Assembly (NCBI GenBank): GCA_024681595.1 | Contig: JAILAN010000101.1 | Span: 1,976-65,975 of the forward strand | DNA from: Lachnospiraceae bacterium | Lineage (GTDB): Bacteria > Bacillota > Clostridia > Lachnospirales > Lachnospiraceae | Direction of reading: 5' to 3' | Length of the DNA: 64,000 nt | In this document: positions 57,014 through 64,000 of the stretch, piece by piece | How positions within the stretch are numbered: position 1 is the stretch's first letter | Layout: the number at the start of each line of letters is the position of its first letter | Made by a program: the position numbers and the translations under genes | The notes under the pieces: model-generated | What the model saw: only the letters and a program-made list of their open reading frames with translations | Database searches by the model: none | Told to the model about the DNA's origin: nothing

Positions 57014-57598
57014 ATGCCGGACAGATCGGATCTGATTGTCGGCGGATATTTTTTCGGTTCATTCGAGGATTCCGCCATAGCGCAAAAAGAACTTAAGAAT
57101 GCAAAATATCTTGAAGAAAGACTGAATTCAATGAGACCGTCACAGATGAAGTCAGTCTATGACAAGATGCTTGACGAAAAGGTTTTTTCGACTCCGGTCG
57201 GATGGGAATACCTTAAGTATTTAAGAGGCAGGGTCGTTCAATCCGGAATAGACGAAAGCGAGATCCGGCCGATACCGCTGTATATTAATTTCAGTGCACA
57301 GAAAGAGGATTCTACAGACAGGCCGGGAGATCATATTGCCAGAGAACGGATACGTCCTTCATCACGCAGAAGAAATACTGTAAAGGACATCCTTAAGATA
57401 TCCGTTATAGCGAATGTTTTTCTGCTTATACTGGTTATATTGATGTTTGTTATTACGATCAAATCTGATAATCCGAATATCCTCAATTATAAGGAGGCTA
57501 TAATTAATGAATATGCCTCGTGGGAGGAGGAACTGGATGCCAGAGAAGAAGCGATAAAGGAAAAGGAGAAAGAGCTTGAAGATACTGGTAGTCGATGA
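57014..57598 (+). CDS. Hypothetical single-TM protein
   Basis: 194-aa ORF with one TM segment ('ISVIANVFLLILVILMFVITI') and a Glu/Lys-rich tail. It overlaps the next gene by 23 nt. I recognise no domain. Confidence 0.5.
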   Translation: MPDRSDLIVGGYFFGSFEDSAIAQKELKNAKYLEERLNSMRPSQMKSVYDKMLDEKVFSTPVGWEYLKYLRGRVVQSGIDESEIRPIPLYINFSAQKEDSTDRPGDHIARERIRPSSRRRNTVKDILKISVIANVFLLILVILMFVITIKSDNPNILNYKEAIINEYASWEEELDAREEAIKEKEKELEDTGSR

Positions 57599-58280
57599 TG
57601 AGCCCAGAATGAGAAAACTGGTCAGCGACTTTCTGGTCAATAATGATTTTTCCGTAATCGAAGCATCAAATGGCCGTGAAGCACTAAACAGATTCTATGA
57701 GGAAGCCGATATATCATTAGTCATTCTTGATGTAATGATGCCGGAGATAGACGGCTATGAGGTTCTGCGAAGGATTAGAGAGAACTCTAAAGTTCCGGTC
57801 ATAATGCTGACTGCAAAGTCGGATGAAAAGGATGAGCTGCTAAGCTTTTCACTGGGAGTTGATGAGTTTGTTTCCAAACCGTTCAGCCCTAAAGTTCTTG
57901 TGGCAAGGGTTAACGCCATTTTGAGGCGAACAACTGCCGACGGCTCTGCACAGAGGATAGAATCGGGCGGCATCGTTATTGATAAACTTTCCCACCGCGT
58001 TCTTATCGATGATAAAGAAATCGAACTCAGCTATAAGGAATTCGAGCTTCTTTCTTTTTTTATGGAGAATAAAGGCGTTGCCCTGTCCAGGGACAAGATT
58101 CTGAACTCTGTATGGAATTATGATTATTTTGGTGATGCCAGAACAATAGATACACATGTCAAAAAACTCCGTGCGAAACTCGGAGAGCACGGCAATAACA
58201 TAAAAACAATTTGGGGAATCGGGTACAAGTTTGAAGTGACGGAAAAGGAGAGAGAGTATGAGTCTGGTCAAAACAAATGA
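57576..58280 (+). CDS. OmpR-family response regulator (REC + winged helix), no adjacent histidine kinase
   Basis: '[12 protein letters not shown]...[13 protein letters not shown]' and '[15 protein letters not shown]...[12 protein letters not shown]'. TTG start with AGGAG 7 nt upstream. Confidence 0.9.
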   Translation: MKILVVDDEPRMRKLVSDFLVNNDFSVIEASNGREALNRFYEEADISLVILDVMMPEIDGYEVLRRIRENSKVPVIMLTAKSDEKDELLSFSLGVDEFVSKPFSPKVLVARVNAILRRTTADGSAQRIESGGIVIDKLSHRVLIDDKEIELSYKEFELLSFFMENKGVALSRDKILNSVWNYDYFGDARTIDTHVKKLRAKLGEHGNNIKTIWGIGYKFEVTEKEREYESGQNK

Positions 58281-60192
58281 GAACTGTATCGGATGTAACA
58301 AATGCATCAAGGCCTGCAGCTGTATCGGCGCCAATATTGCCGCCGAAAAAGATGGGAGAAATACTATTCAGGTTGATCCGAAAAAGTGTATTGCATGCGG
58401 TGCCTGTATAGATGCATGTGAACACGGCGCCAGAGAGTATTTGGATGATGTTGATGTTTTCTTTGAAGACCTCAGACGCGGAGAAAAGATCTCCGTCCTT
58501 ATAGCGCCTGCATTTTTGGCAAATTATCCCAATGAATATGAAAAATATCTTGGAATGCTAAAGAAACTTGGCGTAAACAGGTTTATCAGTGTGTCTTTTG
58601 GAGCGGATATAACTACCTGGGGATATATCAAATACATAACTGAACGCAATTATTACGGCAGTATTTCACAGCCTTGTCCGGCTGTTGTCGGGTATATAGA
58701 GCGTTATCTTCCTGAAATGCTCCCGAAGTTAATGCCTGTTCAAAGCCCGATGATGTGTGGAGCCATATATGTTAAAAAGTATCTTAAAGTGTCTGACAAA
58801 CTAGCGTTTATAAGTCCCTGCATTGCCAAGAAAAATGAAATAGATGATCCCAACAACGGGGGGATTGTTTCTTATAATCTGACATTTTCTAAGCTGGTTG
58901 CTTATCTAAAGGAGCATCCTGTTAACGGTGCCGTACCCTATAAAGATGAGATCGAATACGGCCTGGGTTCGATATATCCGATGCCTGGCGGACTTAAAGA
59001 AAACGTGTACTGGCTTCTTGGAGAAGATGCACTTGTCCGCCAGATGGAAGGCGAGCACCATATGTACGAGTATTTAAGACGTAATAAGGATCGCATCTGC
59101 AATTCCAGAAATCCATATCTTTTTGTTGATGCTTTAAACTGCACTAATGGTTGTCTTTACGGTACCGGAGTCGATAACAGAAAGACTTTAAACGAAGATG
59201 TATTTATAAATATCCAGAAGATCCGTTCTAGCAGCAAGAACAATTCCAAAAAATCGGCATGGGGCAGAGATCTTACACCAAAGCAGAGGCTTGATGTTCT
59301 GAACAAGCAGTTTGCTGATCTTGATCTGAATGATTTTGTTCGTAAATATACTGACAGAAGCAAGGAGTGTGCATATAAAACTCCGAGTGAAACTCAGCTT
59401 AATTCGATCTTTGCAGAACTCAATAAGGATACCGAAGAAAAAAGACACATAGACTGCGGGTGCTGCGGATATGCTACATGCAGGGATATGGCTACTGCTA
59501 TATATAACGGATTCAATCATAAGGATAACTGCGTTCATTATATCAAGGATCTTGCCTTTGAAGAAAAAGAGAAGGCATTGAAGCTTAACGAGGAAGTAAA
59601 AAAGGCTCACGAAGAGATGAATGCCAAGAAGGAATCTCTTGGAGCCGGAATAAATGACAATTTTGATAATCTGCTTGAATCTATATCAGCCATAGAAAAG
59701 GCCAGTGAAGATAATGTTCATCAGACAGCCGGCATATCCGATTCAATGAATGATGTTGATGATTTTGCCAGAAATCTTAAAGAAGTATTGTCAAGCATCG
59801 AAGGTTATCTTGAAAAACTTGAGGCTAATAATGCCGATGTTATCGCCATATCGAGTCAGACAAATCTTCTTGCCCTGAACGCTTCGATAGAGGCAGCCAG
59901 AGCAGGAGAGGCCGGAAGAGGATTTGCGGTCGTGGCCGATGAGATCAAAAAACTGGCTGAAAATTCCAAGACTACAGCAGATGACAGTAATAAGAACAAT
60001 AACGACATTAAGGAAACTATCAATAAGCTGATCGAAGAATCCGGACGTTTGACAGAGATCGTTGACAGCGTTAATCTTCGAGCTCAGAGTCTGGTAGCTT
60101 CATCGGAAGAGACATCCGCTTCGATCAATATGATGCAAAACCTTACAAGGAACGTTGAGGAATCTCTTAAGCAGGTTCTTGACTCTGAATAA
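58258..60192 (+). CDS. [FeFe]-hydrogenase-like sensory domain (2x[4Fe-4S] + H-domain-like + extra Cys motif) fused to an MCP signalling domain, cytoplasmic
   Basis: '[11 protein letters not shown]' and '[11 protein letters not shown]'. H-cluster-type motifs: 'SQPCP' (vs TSCCP), 'SPCIAKKNE' (vs MPCxxKxxE), '[11 protein letters not shown]' (vs CxxGCxxGG). Extra Cys motif 'CGCCGYATC...C'. MCP hairpin '[37 protein letters not shown]'. No TM segment. Confidence 0.85.
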   Translation: MSLVKTNENCIGCNKCIKACSCIGANIAAEKDGRNTIQVDPKKCIACGACIDACEHGAREYLDDVDVFFEDLRRGEKISVLIAPAFLANYPNEYEKYLGMLKKLGVNRFISVSFGADITTWGYIKYITERNYYGSISQPCPAVVGYIERYLPEMLPKLMPVQSPMMCGAIYVKKYLKVSDKLAFISPCIAKKNEIDDPNNGGIVSYNLTFSKLVAYLKEHPVNGAVPYKDEIEYGLGSIYPMPGGLKENVYWLLGEDALVRQMEGEHHMYEYLRRNKDRICNSRNPYLFVDALNCTNGCLYGTGVDNRKTLNEDVFINIQKIRSSSKNNSKKSAWGRDLTPKQRLDVLNKQFADLDLNDFVRKYTDRSKECAYKTPSETQLNSIFAELNKDTEEKRHIDCGCCGYATCRDMATAIYNGFNHKDNCVHYIKDLAFEEKEKALKLNEEVKKAHEEMNAKKESLGAGINDNFDNLLESISAIEKASEDNVHQTAGISDSMNDVDDFARNLKEVLSSIEGYLEKLEANNADVIAISSQTNLLALNASIEAARAGEAGRGFAVVADEIKKLAENSKTTADDSNKNNNDIKETINKLIEESGRLTEIVDSVNLRAQSLVASSEETSASINMMQNLTRNVEESLKQVLDSE

Positions 60193-60247
60193 ATACATAA
60201 TACTTATCTGACAACGAAGCTACGTGCTGAGTGGAAAGGAGTTTGTA

Positions 60248-61213
60248 ATGAAAAAAATAGTTTACGGGATCATAGTTATGATCCTGGCATCTGTCGTGCT
60301 CGCTGGATGCGGAAAAAAAACAGAGGTTGAAGATGACACCCGGATCCGTGTGGGATCGCTTAAAGGTCCTACGTCAATCGGTATTATCAAAATGATACAC
60401 GAACAGGATCAGGGAGATTACAGTTTTACCATTGAGACGCAGGCTGATGTGCTGCTGTCTTCGATTGTGGCAGGTGATCTGGATATTGCACTGATCCCTG
60501 CAAATGTTGCTTCTGTGCTATATAACAAGACCTCCGGCGGAATCTCAGTCATAGATATCAATACTATGGGTGTTCTGTATATGGTCAGCGGAGATAAGGG
60601 TATTACCGATATGGCTGATCTGGAGGGACACACGGTTTATACTACCGGAGCTGGTTCCACACCGGAGTACGTCCTTCGATATCTGCTTAATGAGTATGGA
60701 CTAGGTGATAAGGTGAATATCGAGTTTAAATCCGAAGCAACTGAGGTTGCAGCATTGCTGTCTCAGGATCCTGAAGCGGTCGGAATGCTGCCTCAGCCTT
60801 TTGTAACGGCTGCTCTTAAGCAGAATGAAGCATTGTCGGTTGTCCTTGATATGACCAAGGAATGGGATGATCTTAACAATGATTCTTCACTAATTACCGG
60901 TGTTACGGTTGTCAGGAACGATTTTCTTAAACAACATCCGGCTGCCGTATCCAGATTCCTTGAAGATCATTCTGATTCGGTTTCTTTTGTTCACAGCGAT
61001 ACCAAGACAGCTGCCGGGTATGTTGTTGAAGCGGGTATCATTGAAAAGGAACCGGTTGCTGTAAGTGCAATTCCTAACTGCAATATAGTCTGCATTTCGG
61101 ATTCGGAAATGAAATCATTACTCTCGGGATACCTGAAGGTTCTTTATGATCAGGATCCTGCATCTGTGGGAGGCGATCTTCCCTCGGATGATTTTTACGC
61201 TGATATTAAATGA
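60248..61213 (+). CDS. ABC transporter substrate-binding lipoprotein (NMT1/SsuA/TauA-like)
   Basis: Lipobox 'SVVLAGCG'. 'IRVGSLKGPTSIG' and 'LDIALIPANVA' fit the NMT1-type periplasmic-binding fold. AAGGAG RBS before the ATG at 60248. Confidence 0.7.
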   Translation: MKKIVYGIIVMILASVVLAGCGKKTEVEDDTRIRVGSLKGPTSIGIIKMIHEQDQGDYSFTIETQADVLLSSIVAGDLDIALIPANVASVLYNKTSGGISVIDINTMGVLYMVSGDKGITDMADLEGHTVYTTGAGSTPEYVLRYLLNEYGLGDKVNIEFKSEATEVAALLSQDPEAVGMLPQPFVTAALKQNEALSVVLDMTKEWDDLNNDSSLITGVTVVRNDFLKQHPAAVSRFLEDHSDSVSFVHSDTKTAAGYVVEAGIIEKEPVAVSAIPNCNIVCISDSEMKSLLSGYLKVLYDQDPASVGGDLPSDDFYADIK

Positions 61214-62595
61214 ATAAAAAGCTAAATAAAGCGGTAATTCTGCTCGCTTGGTTATTCCTGTGGCAGATTACCGCATTTTTTGTTAACAACCCCATATACT
61301 TTGCTTCTCCGTTAGAAGTCCTTTTGGAGATTGTTTCCAAAGCTGCAGATCGTGGGTTCTGGCTTTCAATATGCGGATCGCTTTTAAGGATAACAACCGG
61401 ATTTATTATTTCAGGATCGCTGGCTTTTATAATGGCATTTGTATGCTTCAGATTTAAGTGTCTCAGAGATTTTCTGTCGCCTGCAGTTACTTTTTTTAAA
61501 TCAGTCCCGATAGCGGCTGTGGTTGTTGTGCTGCTGATTTGGTGGGGACCACGTTACCTTGTCCTTTGTATCAGCATGATGGTCGTTTTTCCGAATGTTT
61601 ACCATAATATGCTGACCGGGATATCTAATGCTGACAGATCTTTGATCGAGATGTCGGATGTTTTTAAAACCAGATGGATTGACAGGTTTTTATGGATATA
61701 TCGTCCGTCTTACCTTCCTTATCTGCATTCAGCGGTTTCGGTATCTTTGGGTATGTGTTTTAAATCCGGTATTGCTGCTGAAGTGATAGGATTGCCGGAA
61801 TTCAGCATCGGGGAACGACTGTACAGAGATAAGATATATCTAAATACTGCAGGTGTATTTGCGTGGATAGTAGTTGTTCTGATACTAAGTTCGGTAACTG
61901 AACGACTGATCGGAGTTTTACTTAAAAGACTGTCGAATGTGCCTTCATGTATAGATCTGACTGAAAGAGAAAATCACGGGAGAAAGTACGAAGCCGAAAA
62001 CAGAAAAATGACATCTTATTCTGTCATTGCAGACAGAATCATCAAAAAATATGATGATCGTGTAGTTATAGATACTGATCTTAAACTTATTCCAGGTCAG
62101 ATATACAGCATAAAAGCACCATCCGGTTCGGGAAAAACAACTCTTCTTAAAATCCTGTCCGGAATTTTGAAACCTGATAGCGGAACCGTACAGACCGGAT
62201 CGATCAGCATGGTTTTTCAGGATGACAGACTGATCCCAAATGCAAACGGATTGCGGAATCTGCGATATGCACTTTGCAGCGGGAACCTCAGGAAAGAATA
62301 TCTTAAACTTCTTCCGGCCGATACATTAGGGCTCCCTGCTTCATCCTTAAGCGGAGGCGAGAGAAGAAGACTTTGTATATTAAGGGCTATGCTAAGGCAT
62401 TCACAGATCGTGATCATGGATGAGCCTTTTGCAGGGCTTGATGAAGCAACTAAACAATATACTGCTGACTGGATATTGAAAAATCTTAACGGCAGAACGC
62501 TCATATATACCGCTCATGATCCGGATCCGGTCATTTGGCCCGGATCTGAGGAGATAAAGCTGATCGATAAGAAACGGCCTGCGAAGGGAGAATGA
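61210..62595 (+). CDS. Fused ABC permease + ATPase
   Basis: The N-terminal ~250 aa are a multi-TM permease. The C-terminal ~200 aa carry Walker A 'APSGSGKTT', signature 'LSGGERRR', Walker B 'IVIMDEPF' and H-loop 'TAHD'. ATGA overlap with the upstream gene. Confidence 0.8.
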   Translation: MNKKLNKAVILLAWLFLWQITAFFVNNPIYFASPLEVLLEIVSKAADRGFWLSICGSLLRITTGFIISGSLAFIMAFVCFRFKCLRDFLSPAVTFFKSVPIAAVVVVLLIWWGPRYLVLCISMMVVFPNVYHNMLTGISNADRSLIEMSDVFKTRWIDRFLWIYRPSYLPYLHSAVSVSLGMCFKSGIAAEVIGLPEFSIGERLYRDKIYLNTAGVFAWIVVVLILSSVTERLIGVLLKRLSNVPSCIDLTERENHGRKYEAENRKMTSYSVIADRIIKKYDDRVVIDTDLKLIPGQIYSIKAPSGSGKTTLLKILSGILKPDSGTVQTGSISMVFQDDRLIPNANGLRNLRYALCSGNLRKEYLKLLPADTLGLPASSLSGGERRRLCILRAMLRHSQIVIMDEPFAGLDEATKQYTADWILKNLNGRTLIYTAHDPDPVIWPGSEEIKLIDKKRPAKGE

Positions 62596-62849
62596 TTATG
62601 GATATGAGGATCGCACTTATAGGAGTGATAGTCACGGATAATTCAGTAAGCGGCGAACTGAATACATTGCTGTCCGGATACGGAGAATATATAATAGGCA
62701 GAATGGGCATACCTCATCATAGATTTAAAGAAGACGAGGTGGCTATAATAAGCATTGCCATCGAGGCTCCGCAAAGCACAATAAGTGCGCTTTCCGGAAA
62801 ACTGGGGATGATCAAAGGCGTATCGGCAAAAGTTCTTTATGCCGGATAG
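62592..62849 (+). CDS. TM1266-family small ACT-like protein (putative iron-only hydrogenase system regulator)
   Basis: About 85 aa. 'RIALIGVIV', 'IIGRMGIP' and 'ISALSGKLGMIKGVSAKV' match my recollection of the TM1266 family. The ATG at 62598 has better RBS spacing (GGGAG, 7 nt). Confidence 0.65.
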   Translation: MIMDMRIALIGVIVTDNSVSGELNTLLSGYGEYIIGRMGIPHHRFKEDEVAIISIAIEAPQSTISALSGKLGMIKGVSAKVLYAG

Positions 62850-62850
62850 A

Positions 62851-63711
62851 TCAGTCTTTTTTCTCGTACAGATTTCGGAATTCCGTAGGAGTACATCCTT
62901 TAATGATCTTGAACATTCTCATAAATGCCGACAAAGAGTTAAATCCCGATCTGGACGCAACTTCCATGACATTCATATTGGGGTCCATAAGCAGCTTTTC
63001 GGCATAATCTATCCTGCGCCCGTTCAGATATTTATAAAATGTTACGTTAGCAAACTCCTTGAACAGACGACTGAAATGAAACCTGGAAAAACCGGCCAGC
63101 TCAGCTACCGAATCAAGGGAGAGATCTTCGGTGCAGTGAACGTTGATATACTCACATACTTTCATGAATTTATCAATATACTCTACCTGCTTGGTAGGCT
63201 TTATATCAGCAAATCGGTCCGGCTGCTGAGTATAACTTCGTCCTGCCATTACCAGTATCTGTAATAATTTCGAATAGATAGAGGCATCCTTTAAAGGAAA
63301 ATTTGAAAAATATTCATCCCTGATCTCGACCATGAGCCTTGACGCATCCTCATGTATGAGTGGAAAATCTTCGGGAGTGATCTTAAGGGCACTTTCTATG
63401 GAAAAGAAGGATTCAAAATCGCTGAAAGAATTAAGCAGAGTTAGTCCGCATTGCAAAATGATCCTGCGCCCACTCTCGGCGTTCATGCGGTGGAGTACGC
63501 CAGGCCCGATTATCAGTATATCATTTACTCTCAATTCATATTTTTTTTCAGAACAGTAGATCGTATAATTGCCTTCAGTCGGCATCAATATTTCTATAGG
63601 AGTATGCCAGTGGATGGGATATTCCTCGTAATCTATATTGTCATAACACAACAGAAGTGTATTGTCTTCAAAACTTACGGTTTCTTTAGTTCCTTCGAGA
63701 TTTTTGATCAT
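62851..63711 (-). CDS. AraC-family transcriptional regulator (N-terminal cupin-like + C-terminal HTH)
   Basis: 'LSLDSVAELAGFSRFHFSRLFKEF' and 'VMEVASRSGFNSLSAFMRMFKIIKGCTPTEFR'. N-terminal 'YPIHWHTPIEILMP' is cupin-like. Confidence 0.9.
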   Translation of the reverse strand: MIKNLEGTKETVSFEDNTLLLCYDNIDYEEYPIHWHTPIEILMPTEGNYTIYCSEKKYELRVNDILIIGPGVLHRMNAESGRRIILQCGLTLLNSFSDFESFFSIESALKITPEDFPLIHEDASRLMVEIRDEYFSNFPLKDASIYSKLLQILVMAGRSYTQQPDRFADIKPTKQVEYIDKFMKVCEYINVHCTEDLSLDSVAELAGFSRFHFSRLFKEFANVTFYKYLNGRRIDYAEKLLMDPNMNVMEVASRSGFNSLSAFMRMFKIIKGCTPTEFRNLYEKKD

Positions 63712-63784
63712 AAATCGTACTCCTGCAGTATAAAAAATTGCTTTTATTATGTATAAATCTGGAAATATTCAGGTGTTCCCAAAT

Positions 63785-63802
63785 GCGAAAAACGTTTTTC
63801 GC
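63785..63802. promoter_or_regulatory. Perfect 18-bp palindrome GCGAAAAACGTTTTTCGC (same AAAACGTTTT core as 2068-2186)
   Basis: Intergenic, 74 nt upstream of the AraC-type gene start on the minus strand. It also faces an unannotated AT-rich region running to the window end. Confidence 0.5.
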
Positions 63803-64000
63803 GGTATCGGATCATAGCCGGAACAGTAAACTATACGCATTATACATCACAATCTGTTTTTTTAGCAATTATTTGTAATTAAATAGCAAGAATTTTATAG
63901 AACGCATTGTTCGACCGAATTATGATTATTACAAAACAGGAAAGATAATGATCGGATAATGAGAAGAGATAACGAAAGAAAACCTCTTGTAAAACACATC

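Noticed and set aside
58258-60192. Calling this gene a catalytic [FeFe] hydrogenase (hydA)
   Set aside because: The proton-relay Cys of TSCCP is replaced (SQPCP), and the C-terminus is an MCP signalling domain. A sensory role is more likely than H2 turnover.
1-64000. Search for rRNA, tRNA, CRISPR arrays, transposases and phage genes
   Set aside because: By eye I found no tRNA-like T-arm/acceptor patterns in intergenic regions, no regularly spaced repeats, and no transposase, integrase or phage structural ORFs. A tRNAscan/Infernal/CRISPR-finder run would be needed to exclude small RNAs formally.

Overview
The window looks like a chromosomal segment of a moderately AT-rich Firmicute. Gene content, synteny and GGAGG-type ribosome-binding sites (RBS) suggest Clostridia, probably Lachnospiraceae-like. 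I did not recognise any rRNA, tRNA, CRISPR array, transposase or prophage genes. About 56 protein genes are supported.

**Housekeeping backbone**
- rqcH
- yicC-gmk-rpoZ-rimO-pgsA
- recA-recX-rny
- xerD-like recombinase, hisS, azlCD, gpmA

**Plant-polysaccharide and sugar uptake loci**
- An LplBCA-type ABC transporter with a GH31 enzyme
- A second sugar ABC operon with a YesM/YesN-type two-component system
- GH5 and GH127 enzymes

**Signalling proteins**
- A protein combining a degenerate GGDEF, a receiver (REC) domain and HD-GYP
- Two hybrid histidine kinases
- An orphan OmpR-type regulator
- Two AraC-type regulators

**Loci most worth a second look**
1. 39678-43462: a membrane-anchored TIR-domain protein. 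The cytoplasmic TIR keeps the S-x-W-C-x-x-E catalytic-type motif, and there is a large extracytoplasmic beta-rich domain. It is translationally coupled to a large orphan lipoprotein.
2. 57014-62849: an operon that encodes a [FeFe]-hydrogenase-like sensory domain fused to a methyl-accepting chemotaxis (MCP) signalling module. It also encodes an overlapping OmpR regulator, an NMT1-type ABC importer with fused permease-ATPase, and a TM1266-family small regulator.
3. 9308-11649: three overlapping lipid-enzyme genes. One is an E2/CAT-fold protein whose catalytic His is replaced by Glu.
4. 51047-54039: an operon of an HxxxD acyltransferase, a zinc-ribbon membrane protein and an esterase.
5. A perfect AAAACGTTTT palindrome present three times around one promoter and once more, as an 18-bp palindrome, at the far end of the window.

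All functional calls come from motif recognition by eye. No database search was run.
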